Positions 1 through 10,401 are shown, numbered from the stretch's first letter. The stretch is DNA of 64,000 nucleotides from Bacillota bacterium (GCA_012841305.1 DUVA01000129.1:3649-67648); one strand, 5' to 3'. Numbers and translations: made by a program. Notes: generated by a model not told the origin, from the letters alone.

Positions 1-572
1 CTCGGATGGGAGATGAAGAGGAATTACGTCAATCGGACTGTATACCGGCCCTCTCGGTGTCAACTCACTGGCGGTGAACTGAATCTTCGTGACTTCCATC
101 TTCCCTGTTATATCCATGCCGGAATTCAGCTTCTCAAGAAGCGCTTTCAGGTTTCGAGGAGATCTGACTCTCCCTATGGTAAGGTGTGGGGAGAGACCTT
201 TTTTGTCTCGTGCAAAGCCCTCCATTTTCATGGCCTCTCCAACCGTTGACATAAGACTTACCAAGCGCTCCCTGCCTGTACCTACATCCACCCACAGTAC
301 TCGTGGGTTATTCAAGTGAGGAAAAGCTCCTACACTGTCAAGTTCCAGTTCAAATCCGCAAGAATCAGCGACGCATTCTCTAAGTGCATCAGCAATACCC
401 GGAATGCGCATCGCCTCAACGTCTCCCAGAAACTGCAATGTAAAGTGAAGATTACAAGGTTCAACCCACTTAACATCTGCTCCGCTATGTGACAATCTCT
501 TTTGAATGGCTGCTATTTCTCTATGAAGAGACGGATGAAGGAAGACTGCAACAAAGCATCGAACAGTATCCA
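1..572 (-). CDS. thpR: RNA 2',3'-cyclic phosphodiesterase (2'-5' RNA ligase LigT/ThpR family). The 3' end runs off the window edge.
   Basis: The minus-strand translation from a GTG at 572 reads VDTVRCF...HFTLQFLG...HLTIGRV, showing the two H-x-T/S-x motifs of the 2H phosphoesterase family. A GGAGG sits 7 nt upstream and is preceded by in-frame stops. It lies downstream of cinA, as in many Firmicutes where cinA-thpR-recA is conserved. This feature was hand-translated by me and is not in the ORF track. Confidence 0.7.
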
Positions 573-615
573 CTACTAGGCCTCCAGTTCAATGTAGGTT
601 ACGTGAATAGAACAC

Positions 616-636
616 AAAAGGACTCTTCGTCCTTTG
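616..636 (-). terminator. Putative intrinsic terminator downstream of cinA
   Basis: The plus strand reads AAAAGGAC-tcttc-GTCCTTTG. On the minus-strand RNA this gives a 7-8 bp stem followed by a U-rich UUUUGUGUUCUAUU, about 80 nt after the cinA stop. Confidence 0.45.
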
Positions 637-714
637 CCTTACCTTAAGAACATGATTCTATGAATATCCGATATTGCCTTCTTGTACCATCCTTATCTCA
701 TTACAAGTTCATAC

Positions 715-1959
715 TTAATGATGACGCAACAAGTGTCTCCGGAGAATATCCAAGCTTCTCTTAGCTGCTCTTTCTTTTATCTCACTCCGGGTTCCGAAAA
801 ACTGAAAACGTCCGCAAGTAATCCCGTATTTCCAAGCCAGTCCTATGAAAACGAGCCCTATGTTATGCAAATGCTCATCTCTTGCAGGGCCTGCCACCCC
901 TGTTGTAGAAATCGATACGTCGGCTCCGGAAAGGGACAGGATTCCTCTTGCCATTCGAAGCGCCACTTCTCTGCTTACTGCTCCATATCGCTCCAAATCA
1001 GCACTGGGGACGTCCAGAACCTTTGTTTTTGCGGTATTACTGTAACTTGTTACTGCAAGGCCCAGTACTTTAGAGCAACCAGGCACTTCAGTGAGCTTGT
1101 GGGAGATGAGTCCTCCGGTAACCGATTCCGCCACTGCACATGTGAGATTCCGTTCTTTCAGAAGCCTTACTACGCCATGCTGAATTTCATCGTCTCCGGT
1201 TCCATAGATATCATGTCCCAGGCATTCCCTCAACTCGGTTTCGACTCGATCAATCATTGCGCCTGCTTCTCCTTGTGAAGAAGCTTTTGCAGTTATTCTT
1301 AACATGACTTCACCCAATGACACCAACGGAGCTATGGTCGGATTGGATTTTCCGTGAAGAAGATGCCTTATCTTATCCTCGATTTCGGCTTCCCCGGGAC
1401 CACAGACTCGGAGAGTCCTGGAGGAGATTATCCGGCCTTCACCTTCAAGGCGTGTCAAGTATGGGATCACGGAGAGATCCATCATGGCTTCCATTTCTCC
1501 CGGTACACCCGGAAGACAGATTACGTGCTTGCCCATGTTCTCTATTATCAAACCACATGCCGTGCCACGGGGGTTCGGTATCAAAGTCGCACCTTCGGGG
1601 ACTTGTGCCAGGCGTTTCATGCTTGCCCGGTCTTGATGCCCCCATCTGTTTAGTAACGACAAAGCATGGGTCATTGCTTCATCGGAGTGGACCTGTCCTA
1701 CGCCGAAGACTTCTGAGACGACCTCGCGGGTTATGTCATCTTCAGTCGGGCCGAGTCCGCCTGTAACAATCACGAGATCTGCCCGGTTGAGGGCTTCACG
1801 CAGCGTAGCCGTAGCCCTTATTTTATTATCTCCGACAGCGGCTTTGTGGTAAAGGTTGATTCCGATTCCCGCCAGCTTTCGGCCAATGTAGGCAGAGTTT
1901 GTGTCCACAACGTGTCCAAGGAGTAGTTCAGTGCCAATCATTAGAATCTCTGCAATCAA
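715..1959 (-). CDS. cinA: Competence/damage-inducible protein CinA. It has an N-terminal MoeA-like domain and a C-terminal NMN-deamidase (PncC) domain.
   Basis: The 414 aa ORF has an N-terminus MIAEILMIGTELLLG...VIVTGGLGPTEDDITRE and a C-terminal CinA domain (LTCAVAESVTGGL...STTGVAGP). Confidence 0.9.
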   Translation of the reverse strand: MIAEILMIGTELLLGHVVDTNSAYIGRKLAGIGINLYHKAAVGDNKIRATATLREALNRADLVIVTGGLGPTEDDITREVVSEVFGVGQVHSDEAMTHALSLLNRWGHQDRASMKRLAQVPEGATLIPNPRGTACGLIIENMGKHVICLPGVPGEMEAMMDLSVIPYLTRLEGEGRIISSRTLRVCGPGEAEIEDKIRHLLHGKSNPTIAPLVSLGEVMLRITAKASSQGEAGAMIDRVETELRECLGHDIYGTGDDEIQHGVVRLLKERNLTCAVAESVTGGLISHKLTEVPGCSKVLGLAVTSYSNTAKTKVLDVPSADLERYGAVSREVALRMARGILSLSGADVSISTTGVAGPARDEHLHNIGLVFIGLAWKYGITCGRFQFFGTRSEIKERAAKRSLDILRRHLLRHH

Positions 1960-2071
1960 GCCAAAATGCCCTCCCCAGTCAGCCCCTTGTTCTCTCGACG
2001 CCCCGGATTCAGCATGGATGTGGATAAAGAGGCATTGTTCCAGTGTGCTGTGATGATACTGAATGACTTAA

Positions 2072-3574
2072 CTAGCTTGCTTTCATACATGTGCCTTCTG
2101 TGCCCAGCATTCTTCGAAAGTCTTCGCCTTCAATCCTTTCAGTCTCGATTATATGGGCGCTGATCTCTTTCAGAACACTTAGTTTGGATTCCAGAATCAT
2201 ACCTGCCCTTTGCTCTTGAGCCTTGAGAATACTGCTTACTGTTTCATAGTATATCTGCTTCGGGAGTTCATCAACACTGACAATTCCGGCCTCGGACATC
2301 CCTGTGCTAATGAGTTTGCGTGAAATCTCCAGCGCTTGCTCAAAGTCGTTGGATGAACCTGTGGATTTTGACCCGAACACGAGTTCTTCAGCGACTGAGC
2401 CTGCCAGAAGTATGGCTATCTGCTCTTCCAGGTAACTGCAGGTATACAAATGGTAGTCCTCTTCTTGGGAATGTCTTGTATAACCGAGGGCCTGGCCTCT
2501 CGACATTACAGTAATGGTTGATACTGAGCCGGGCCTCAATACTTCACTGACTACGCCATGGCCTACCTCATGATGAGCTATTCTGTTCATTTCCTCTTCT
2601 GTGGGACGACGATCCAATCTCTCTCCCATAATCACTTTATCTATGGCTTCCCTTAGTTCATCTTGACCTATGGTGGTTTTCCCTTTTCGCATTGACAATA
2701 TGGCAGCCTCGTTCACCAGGTTCTCAAGGTGAGCCCCGGAGAATCCCAGCGTGTCTCTGGCAATTTCATCAAGATCTACATTATCTTCAAATGGCTTACC
2801 TTTAGAGTGAATCTCCAGTATGTGAAGCCTGCCTTGTCTATCAGGGAGGTCCACTCGAACTATGCGATCGAATCTCCCGGGCCTGGTAAGAGCGGGATCA
2901 AGCAGATCCGCCCTGTTAGTAGCCGCCATTACAAGCAATCTGACATCGTCATACGGGTTTATTCCATCCATCTCCACCAGCAGTTGGTTAAGAGTCTGGT
3001 CGTATTCCAGATGACTGCTATGTCTTCCACGCTTTCCTCCGAGGACCTCTATTTCATCAATAAATATCATTGCAGAGTCACGGCCCTCACGTAGTGCGGA
3101 AGACCTTGCAGTAGAGAATAGTTGGCGTACCCGCTGGGCACCTACGCCTGCATACATCTCGATAAACTCTGATCCTGACGATGCCACAAAAACGCTTTTT
3201 GTGTGATTGGCTGCAGCCTTGGCCAGGAGGGTCTTCCCTGTACCCGGAGGTCCTGTTAACAAGATTCCCCTGAGAGGTCTGATTCCCAGCTTCCGTGAGC
3301 GCTCAGAATCAACTATGAACTCCAGTGCCTCCAGGAGTTCGCGCTTGGCCACTTCCTGTCCGCCGATACCTTCAAAAGAAACCTTTGTGTTTCCCTGATC
3401 CTGCTTGTTCCCTCCGATGATCTGAAAGCGCTTTCCAAGCTGAGCGCCGGATCTGATAAACCATACGGCTGCACCGAATATTGCGAGCAAGAGAAATAGG
3501 GTTATATCGTAACCTGAGGCAGCCAGGAACACAACTCCTGCAAGGGCTACCCCAATTCCAATCTCCTTTGCCAT
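2072..3574 (-). CDS. FtsH-family AAA+ ATPase/zinc metalloprotease paralog. It has a short N-terminal double-TM anchor and no large extracytoplasmic domain.
   Basis: Walker A LLTGPPGTGKT and Walker B IIFIDEIE are present, along with the second region of homology and an HEXXH zinc motif (AHHEVGHGV). The RBS is GAGGGAAA ahead of an ATG at 3574. Confidence 0.8.
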   Translation of the reverse strand: MAKEIGIGVALAGVVFLAASGYDITLFLLLAIFGAAVWFIRSGAQLGKRFQIIGGNKQDQGNTKVSFEGIGGQEVAKRELLEALEFIVDSERSRKLGIRPLRGILLTGPPGTGKTLLAKAAANHTKSVFVASSGSEFIEMYAGVGAQRVRQLFSTARSSALREGRDSAMIFIDEIEVLGGKRGRHSSHLEYDQTLNQLLVEMDGINPYDDVRLLVMAATNRADLLDPALTRPGRFDRIVRVDLPDRQGRLHILEIHSKGKPFEDNVDLDEIARDTLGFSGAHLENLVNEAAILSMRKGKTTIGQDELREAIDKVIMGERLDRRPTEEEMNRIAHHEVGHGVVSEVLRPGSVSTITVMSRGQALGYTRHSQEEDYHLYTCSYLEEQIAILLAGSVAEELVFGSKSTGSSNDFEQALEISRKLISTGMSEAGIVSVDELPKQIYYETVSSILKAQEQRAGMILESKLSVLKEISAHIIETERIEGEDFRRMLGTEGTCMKAS

Positions 3575-3606
3575 AGTATTTCCCTCATCCTTTCTTCAGT
3601 CGGGGT

Positions 3607-4257
3607 TTAAGGACTTCTCTTTGAAAGGGTGGACTGTAGACCCGAAACGGTTACAGGTGGACGCTGCTCTGCCTGGGCTCTTCTGGGGATGATTTCATAC
3701 AGATAACTCTCCCCCTTGTGCAGCTGTACGTATACATAGTCTGAATCCACTCCCACGCTCCATCTATCCAGTCCCGCTTCTTTCGCTTCTTCATCTATCG
3801 CTTGGGCCATGGCATAAAAACTCCCCGTCGCCAGCGCTTCTTCAATATGAATGCGCATAGAACGGAACGTCTCTTCCAGCCCGTGATTGCGCCTATCGGT
3901 AACATCAAGGACAGCAGGAATTCTACCGGTGACCTCTGCAATGCCTGCCCAAAGTTGAGCATATTGAGATTGAATGTCTTGAACATCGTCAAGCTCTACG
4001 CGTACGCAAATACCTTCTCTACCCTGCTGAACAGAGTAGTCTATGACCTCAGTCTGCTGTGTAAAGAACTCATGGAGAGGCCTTCTTACTTGCAGACTGT
4101 AGCTTGCGGCGCGTCCTCCGTAGAGCACTAGGAGGGTAACGATGAATACCATTATGATTCGCTTGATATCAAGCCCTGACAGTTGCAATCCCTTCCCCTC
4201 TCCCTTCTGCATGATTGTCTGAATTATAACATAAAGCCCTCGACTCATCGAGGGCAA
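3607..4257 (-). CDS. Hypothetical membrane-anchored protein. The start is uncertain: the TTG at 4257 overlaps a terminator hairpin, and the alternative ATGs at about 4212 and 4155 lack a clear RBS.
   Basis: One hydrophobic helix (IIMVFIVTLLVLYGG) is followed by a soluble domain. I recognise no conserved motif. Confidence 0.4.
   Translation of the reverse strand: MPSMSRGLYVIIQTIMQKGEGKGLQLSGLDIKRIIMVFIVTLLVLYGGRAASYSLQVRRPLHEFFTQQTEVIDYSVQQGREGICVRVELDDVQDIQSQYAQLWAGIAEVTGRIPAVLDVTDRRNHGLEETFRSMRIHIEEALATGSFYAMAQAIDEEAKEAGLDRWSVGVDSDYVYVQLHKGESYLYEIIPRRAQAEQRPPVTVSGLQSTLSKRSP
4236..4255 (-). terminator. Putative intrinsic terminator downstream of rpe
   Basis: A perfect 8-bp inverted repeat, GCCCTCGA-ctca-TCGAGGGC, is followed on the minus-strand RNA by UUUAUGUUAUAAUUC. 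Confidence 0.5.
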
Positions 4258-4351
4258 ACATCAGGTAAACATAGGAATTGCCACAACTGAATACCTTCTC
4301 GGATCACATAGGCAGGCCGAGGTGTCAGTTGCAATCAGGCAGTTTTCTTGC

Positions 4352-5017
4352 TTATGAGGAGTGTCCGGCCGGACACACGCTACGGAGAAGCTCAACGTTT
4401 TCAGCCGGAGTATCGCCTCTGAAGACATAGCTACCGGCGACCAGGACATTGGCTCCGGCTTCTGCCACTACAGGAGCGGTGGTGGCGTTGATTCCGCCGT
4501 CAACTTCAATGTCAATGTCCAGTCCTAATCTGTCCACCATCTCCCTGACCTTTCTAATCTTGGGCACCATTTCATATATGAAGGCCTGTCCGCCGAATCC
4601 AGGGTTCACTGTCATAACAAGCACCAGATCTACCATGTCAATAATCTGCTCTATCATGATAACCGGGGTTGCAGGGCAAAGCGCGACTCCGGGTGAGCAT
4701 CCTGCATCTCTGATAGCCTGGATAGTCCTGTGGAGATGGCACGAAGCTTCAGCGTGAACTGTAATTACTGAGCTGCCTGCCTTAGCAAAAGCCTCAACAT
4801 AGAGCTCAGGATTTTCTATCATAAGGTGGACATCCAGAGGAGTGTCTGTTGCTTTTCCAAGGTCTTTCACCACGTGCGGACCCATGGACAAGTTGGGAAC
4901 AAAATGACCATCCATTACATCTACGTGGAGGAAATCAACGCTTCCGACACTTTCTATTGATTCAGCCAGGTTCGCGAAATTCGCTGAGAGTATTGATGGA
5001 GCAATCTTAATTGTCAT
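4352..5017 (-). CDS. rpe: Ribulose-phosphate 3-epimerase
   Basis: MTIKIAPSILSANFANL...DVMDGHFVPNLS...VMTVNPGFGGQ matches the canonical Rpe TIM-barrel motifs. Confidence 0.9.
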   Translation of the reverse strand: MTIKIAPSILSANFANLAESIESVGSVDFLHVDVMDGHFVPNLSMGPHVVKDLGKATDTPLDVHLMIENPELYVEAFAKAGSSVITVHAEASCHLHRTIQAIRDAGCSPGVALCPATPVIMIEQIIDMVDLVLVMTVNPGFGGQAFIYEMVPKIRKVREMVDRLGLDIDIEVDGGINATTAPVVAEAGANVLVAGSYVFRGDTPAENVELLRSVCPAGHSS

Positions 5018-5901
5018 CTACCTCTCCTCCTTTCTCTTTCTGCTATTTCAAGTAGAAGCTTTACATAGTGACTGTATCGAAATTCCTCGATATTGCCTGT
5101 ATCCACAGCTTTCTTGACACCACATTCGGGCTCTTTGTGATGAAGACATGTAGTAAACTTGCAGTATTGCATCGGTATTCGGAATTCAGGAAATAAGTAC
5201 CCAAGGGCTCTGCTGTCAATTCCATCAAGATCCAGCTTAGAAAACCCGGGAGTATCAGCCACATATCCTTCAGGCTCAATCTTAAGGAGGTGAGCGTGTC
5301 TGGTAGTGTGACGGCCTCGACCGGTTCTTGCGCTGACTTCGCCTGTTTCAAGTCTCAGCCCCGGCTCCAGAGAGTTGAGAAGCGCTGACTTCCCGACACC
5401 TGACGGCCCTGCGAACACAGAGAGTTTTCCGGAAAGCGCTTTCCGCAATCTTGTCATTCCCCAACTTGCTCTGGCGCTGGTCTTTATCGTTTTATACCCT
5501 GCGCGCCTATATAGCTTAGCTGTTTTGTCCGCAGCGTACCTACTTACAAGGTCGATTTTATTCAGGCATATCACAATGTCCAAGGAGTTTGCTGCAACTG
5601 TAACAAGAATTCTGTCAAGCAACTCGAGATCAGGTTCCGGTTCATTGCATGCTATGACAATCACAGCCTGATCTACATTCGCCACAGGAGGCCTCACAAG
5701 GCGTGTTTTTCGTGGGAAAATGTCTTCAATAACTCCGTACGCACCTTGTGGATCAGTAAGAGTAAACGATACAATATCTCCTACAAGAACATCTTTGTCC
5801 TCCTTCCGGAGCCTACCGCGAAGTTTACAGTCAACAACAGTATCTCCATGGCTGACGTAATAGTGGCCTGAATATGCCTTAATAACACGTCCTTTCGGCA
5901 T
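5014..5901 (-). CDS. rsgA: Ribosome small-subunit-dependent GTPase A
   Basis: It has a circularly permuted GTPase (the G4 motif NKIDL precedes G1 GPSGVGKS) and a C-terminal zinc finger, C-x-x-C-x-H-x5-C. It overlaps rpe by 4 nt. Confidence 0.9.
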   Translation of the reverse strand: MPKGRVIKAYSGHYYVSHGDTVVDCKLRGRLRKEDKDVLVGDIVSFTLTDPQGAYGVIEDIFPRKTRLVRPPVANVDQAVIVIACNEPEPDLELLDRILVTVAANSLDIVICLNKIDLVSRYAADKTAKLYRRAGYKTIKTSARASWGMTRLRKALSGKLSVFAGPSGVGKSALLNSLEPGLRLETGEVSARTGRGRHTTRHAHLLKIEPEGYVADTPGFSKLDLDGIDSRALGYLFPEFRIPMQYCKFTTCLHHKEPECGVKKAVDTGNIEEFRYSHYVKLLLEIAERERRRGR

Positions 5902-5915
5902 CCACCGCCCTCCTG

Positions 5916-7847
5916 TTATCCTTTGGGAATCGATTCGTCCCTATAAAGGACTCCCCCGATGTAGACCCTGATTCTCATCTTCCTGCCCCACGCGTTGATT
6001 TGTTTCTCAATGCGTTCGCCCGGGGTATGCATACCTACGTAATAGTCCCTTTCACCATAATAGTCATTGATACGGATTTTGACCTCCTGTAAGTCTGTGC
6101 CGGGAGGGACTACAATAGTGACCAGACTTGAGATAGGTGTAATTGCATCAAGAAGAGACGAAGCATCCAGACCTTTGCCTACGACGAAATCTACAGCTGA
6201 ACCCAGTGTGACAAGTTGCCCGGGCTCCGGCTGCTGACTGATGATGATTCCGGGTTCTGCCCCTTCCCTGCCTTCCTCAGTTACTCTCCCCTTAACCAAA
6301 CCTGAGACAGTCAGGAGGGACTCAGCTTCAGCCATATTCATGCCTCGAAAGTCCTGGACTGTCACTAGCAACGGTTCAGGCCCGTCACTTAACACGACTT
6401 CCACCATGGTACCCTTTTCTACTTGAACTCCTGCAGCAGGAGACTGAGAGGCCACCTTATCTACTTCTACCTCATCACTGTAATCCCTGGACTGGGGGCC
6501 TGGTTCCAGTTCCAGCCTCTCCAGTTCCAGTAGGGCTTCACGAAGATCCATTCCCAGGAGATCCGGCATTTCTACGATCTCTTTTCCCAGACTTACCACC
6601 AGGGTGACTTTGCTGTTCATTTTCACCCTCTCATAGGCGGCAGGGCGCTGAGATATCACGCGATGAGCCGGAATCGTCTCATCATAGCGCTTGTCAGGGG
6701 AGTCAAGCCGGACATGTGCTTTCGCTGCAAGGCTCTCAGCTTCTTCAAGAGTCTTTCCTGTGAAATCCGGAACTCTCACCTCTTCAACATAAAGCCATTG
6801 AGGTAACATGAACATGACGCCGGCTGCAACTGTAAGCAAAGCAAGAACAAGGAATAAGGTCACGAAGACAGTACGCCGCGGATTGTTGTTCTTTGGTTTA
6901 CGTCTCACCTGAGTTTCCTCCATGTCAGCCCCGGGATCCGACGGAGATGATAAGACCGGCGCAGTCAGATCCGTAAGAGTAGTGTCACTTGCCACGTGAA
7001 TATCATCATTAACAGTGTCATAGTCGTTGCCGGGGAAAGCATATGGTTCCAAAGCTCGCATCATATGTCTTGCGTCTTGATAACGCCGGGAAGGATTCTT
7101 CTCTAGTGCCCTTAGGACTATTCGTTCGAGGCCTTTGGGTATTGCTGCATTGAGCTCTGTAGGAGGGGTCACAGAAGTCTCCAGGTGCTGCAGGGCTATG
7201 GAAATTGGACTCTCGCCCTTAAAAGGTACAGTACCTGTTAACATTTCATACAGGACAACGCCTGATGAGTAGATATCGGATTGTGCTTCCACTGCCTCGC
7301 CTCGGGCCTGTTCCGGCGAAAAGTAGTTTACCGTTCCAATGATCGTTCCGGTGTCAGTCAGAGTCGACGCGCAGAGCGCCCTTGCGATACCGAAATCTGT
7401 AACCTTCACTCTTTCGGCTGAAGTTACCATGACGTTATGAGGTTTAATATCCCTGTGTACAATTCCGTTTTCGTGAGCATGCTGTAGTGCAGCTAGAATC
7501 TGCCAGGTTATTCGGGCGGCTCGCTGCGGCGACAAATGGCCGGATCTGCTAATAGCCTCTTTGAGGCTTGTGCCGCTTACATACTCCATTACAATATAGT
7601 AGCGTTCTTCGTCTTTGCCTACATCATATATGCTGACAATATTGGGGTGTGAAAGACCTGCGGCAGCCTGAGCTTCCCTACGAAAACGCTCAACAAATTC
7701 TTCGTTTGATGCAAATTGGGGCCTTAGGACTTTTATCGCGACTGTTCGGTTCAGAATTTGGCAGTGAGCTTTATATACTTCTGCCATCCCGCCTGAACCC
7801 AACTTAGAGAGTATCTTATATCTCTTACCGAGAACCTCCCCTACCAT
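5916..7847 (-). CDS. prkC: Serine/threonine protein kinase with extracellular PASTA repeats
   Basis: The Hanks kinase motifs are present (GGMAEVYKA, HRDIKPHN, DFGIA, SPEQARG). A TM segment follows, then PASTA-like repeats. Confidence 0.9.
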   Translation of the reverse strand: MVGEVLGKRYKILSKLGSGGMAEVYKAHCQILNRTVAIKVLRPQFASNEEFVERFRREAQAAAGLSHPNIVSIYDVGKDEERYYIVMEYVSGTSLKEAISRSGHLSPQRAARITWQILAALQHAHENGIVHRDIKPHNVMVTSAERVKVTDFGIARALCASTLTDTGTIIGTVNYFSPEQARGEAVEAQSDIYSSGVVLYEMLTGTVPFKGESPISIALQHLETSVTPPTELNAAIPKGLERIVLRALEKNPSRRYQDARHMMRALEPYAFPGNDYDTVNDDIHVASDTTLTDLTAPVLSSPSDPGADMEETQVRRKPKNNNPRRTVFVTLFLVLALLTVAAGVMFMLPQWLYVEEVRVPDFTGKTLEEAESLAAKAHVRLDSPDKRYDETIPAHRVISQRPAAYERVKMNSKVTLVVSLGKEIVEMPDLLGMDLREALLELERLELEPGPQSRDYSDEVEVDKVASQSPAAGVQVEKGTMVEVVLSDGPEPLLVTVQDFRGMNMAEAESLLTVSGLVKGRVTEEGREGAEPGIIISQQPEPGQLVTLGSAVDFVVGKGLDASSLLDAITPISSLVTIVVPPGTDLQEVKIRINDYYGERDYYVGMHTPGERIEKQINAWGRKMRIRVYIGGVLYRDESIPKG

Positions 7848-7872
7848 CTTTACACCTCACCTGCTTCGCATT

Positions 7873-8592
7873 TCAGGTTTGAGTGCCGACAAATACAGCA
7901 ACAACCGTGACATTATCAAATCCGCCATTCTGATTTGCAAGGGTAATGAGCTCATCTACGACTGCCGGAGGGGCTTGCTGAGACATAACTACGTCCAAAA
8001 TCCCGGAGTCCTCTATCGCCCCTGACAGCCCGTCTGTGCATAAGATAAAGCGGTCTCCCGGTTCCACCTTGGAATCAACGATTTCCATATCAACTGTGGG
8101 CAATGTGCCCATTGCTCGAGTCAAAAGGTTGCGCTGGGGATGGACTTTCGCTTCACTCTTGGTCAACATTCCCATCCTGACAAGCTCACCTACGACAGAG
8201 TGGTCTTCTGTTAGTTGGTATATGACATTCTTTCTTACCAGGTATGCTCTACTGTCTCCTACGTGTCCGATATATGCTGTACCGTCTTGGATGAGTAAGG
8301 CAGTCAGTGTAGTGCCCATACCTTTACAACTCTCATCGCTCATGGAACGTTGATAAATTGCAGCATTAATCCCTGTGAATGCTTCCCTGAGTCGCTTGGC
8401 TGGATCGCTTTCAGAAGACAGTAAGTATTCTTCAAGCATATTCACAGCCATTTTACTGGCAATTTCCCCTGCCTCATGCCCGCCGAGGCCGTCAGCGACA
8501 GCAAACAAGACGTCACTTAGCAGGTAATTGTCTTCGTTTACCGCCCTTACAAGTCCAACATCAGTACGGGCGGAGGCCTCCATATAATCCAC
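7873..8592 (-). CDS. prpC: PP2C-family Ser/Thr protein phosphatase
   Basis: Its metal-binding motifs are FAVADGLGGH, GTTLTAL and CTDGLS. It is the conserved partner upstream of prkC. Confidence 0.9.
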   Translation of the reverse strand: MDYMEASARTDVGLVRAVNEDNYLLSDVLFAVADGLGGHEAGEIASKMAVNMLEEYLLSSESDPAKRLREAFTGINAAIYQRSMSDESCKGMGTTLTALLIQDGTAYIGHVGDSRAYLVRKNVIYQLTEDHSVVGELVRMGMLTKSEAKVHPQRNLLTRAMGTLPTVDMEIVDSKVEPGDRFILCTDGLSGAIEDSGILDVVMSQQAPPAVVDELITLANQNGGFDNVTVVAVFVGTQT

Positions 8593-8636
8593 CCCCGTTC
8601 AAGAGCGTCTAAAAGGAAGTATAACCTTGAATTGCC

Positions 8637-9668
8637 TTACCTGCAATACCTGCGACGCAACTGACCGCAGGCTGCATTGACATCCAAGCCTAGATCTCTT
8701 CTTACAGTGACGGGAATAGACGCATCTTGAAGTATCTTGTGAAACCTGTTTATCCGGCGAGTTGTCGGCCGCGCGTATTCTTTCTCATCAATAGGGTTAA
8801 GGGGTATCAAGTTTACGTGCCCCGCTTGCCCTTGGAGCAGATCTACAAGTTGACGAGCGTGCAAATCGCTGTCATTTACATCTTTGATCAGCGCATACTC
8901 AAAAGTCACCCGCCTGCCTGTACGCTTTCTGTAGAAAGCTGCTGCATCCATTAATTCCATGATCGGATACCGCCGATTTATCGGCATCAGCACTTGGCGA
9001 ACATCATCAGTAGGTGCATGCAGGGAAATTGAAAGGGTCACAGGTATTTCTTCTTCTGCAAGCCTACGGATTCCCGGCGTCAATCCGCAAGTGGATACAG
9101 TCATACGGCGGAAACTAATCCCTAATCCGCATTTGGCATTCAGAAGGCGCAACGCTTTGACTGATGCCTCATAGTTGTCAAGGGGTTCCCCTGTACCCAT
9201 AAGAACTATATTTCCGACATTCGCGCCGAAGAGGGCTACATCTTCTTGGATTTTGAGGGCTTCATCCACTATCTCGGACGCAGTAAGGTCTCGAACGAAT
9301 CCTCCCTGTCCTGATGCACAAAATGAGCAAGCCATTTTGCAGCCGACCTGCGTAGAAAGACAGGCAGAGATACCATATTTATATTCCATTCTCACGGCCT
9401 CTACGGCGTTTTTGTCGTGTGTCTCCAGCAGATACTTTACCGCGCCTTTCTTGCCTTCATTTCTCGAGCGTACGTCAAGGCATGTTATGTATGAAGTTTC
9501 CTTAAGTCTTTGCCGAAGTGCGAGCGGCAAATTAGTCATATCGTCAAAAGAGCAAACAAGGTGTCTATGGAGCCATGAGAATATCTGGTCACCCCTGTAC
9601 GAAGGTTGTCCCAGTGATAATACAAAGCTACTCAGTTCGTCAGGGAGAAGGCTCTTGATGTCTTCCAT
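8637..9668 (-). CDS. rlmN: 23S rRNA (adenine2503-C2)-methyltransferase, radical SAM
   Basis: It carries the CxxxCxxC motif (CKMACSFCASGQ) and has the conserved position ahead of prpC/prkC. Confidence 0.9.
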   Translation of the reverse strand: MEDIKSLLPDELSSFVLSLGQPSYRGDQIFSWLHRHLVCSFDDMTNLPLALRQRLKETSYITCLDVRSRNEGKKGAVKYLLETHDKNAVEAVRMEYKYGISACLSTQVGCKMACSFCASGQGGFVRDLTASEIVDEALKIQEDVALFGANVGNIVLMGTGEPLDNYEASVKALRLLNAKCGLGISFRRMTVSTCGLTPGIRRLAEEEIPVTLSISLHAPTDDVRQVLMPINRRYPIMELMDAAAFYRKRTGRRVTFEYALIKDVNDSDLHARQLVDLLQGQAGHVNLIPLNPIDEKEYARPTTRRINRFHKILQDASIPVTVRRDLGLDVNAACGQLRRRYCR

Positions 9669-9786
9669 CTGGATTCCTCCCGGTAAGTTAATTCATCTCT
9701 CAAATAGGATTTCCTTTTGTCGATATTCGAGAGGGCATTGCGGATACGCCATACGTTATTATAGACTGTGAAAAGGGGGTTGTCAT

Positions 9787-10401
9787 ATGGATACACTTCT
9801 ATACCTTGTACGGCACGGCGTAACCAAGTGGAATGACGAGAGAAGATACCAAGGCCATCGCGATTTGCCGCTATCCGAAACAGGTAGACTGCAAGCTGAA
9901 AAAGTTGTCCGGAGGCTTCAAGGAGTGGATATCGCAGCTGTTTACTCCAGTGACCTTGCCAGGGCGATGGATACCGCACATTTTGTGGGTAAGGCCCATA
10001 GGCTTCCCGTAATCCCACTGGAAGAGCTTCGCGAGATAGATGTTGGCAAGTGGGAAGGTAAGAGCTTTGAAGAACTCCGGCACAAAGAGAGTGAACTTCT
10101 TGAACACTGGCTTTCTGACATTGTAAACAACCCTATCCCAGGCGGTGAGTCATACGCTCAGCTTAGGGATAGGGTTATCCCAAAAATCATGGAACTTGCG
10201 AGAACCCATAAGGGTTCATCCATATGTATTGTGAGTCACAGCGGCCCCCTAAAATTGATGCTCTGCCATGTCTTGGGCATGGCGCCTTGCGGACGTCTTA
10301 GATTCGAACTGGCAAACGCCAGCCTAAGTGCGATTACATGCGCTGACGATGTGCGGATGCGAGTACTATTTCTAAATGACACGTGTCATCTGGTTACTTG
10401 A
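9787..10401 (+). CDS. Histidine phosphatase family protein (phosphoglycerate-mutase-like, alpha-ribazole phosphatase type)
   Basis: It has the LVRHGVTKWN (RHG) motif and a second catalytic His (SHSGPL). The RBS is AAAGGGGG before an ATG at 9787. Confidence 0.7.
   Translation: MDTLLYLVRHGVTKWNDERRYQGHRDLPLSETGRLQAEKVVRRLQGVDIAAVYSSDLARAMDTAHFVGKAHRLPVIPLEELREIDVGKWEGKSFEELRHKESELLEHWLSDIVNNPIPGGESYAQLRDRVIPKIMELARTHKGSSICIVSHSGPLKLMLCHVLGMAPCGRLRFELANASLSAITCADDVRMRVLFLNDTCHLVT

Noticed and set aside
682-1766. Plus-strand ORFs (682..1278, 1317..1766, 1354..1653) overlapping cinA
   Set aside because: They are antisense to a well-supported conserved gene. They have no RBS and no recognisable domains. 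Such shadow ORFs are typical in GC-balanced coding DNA.
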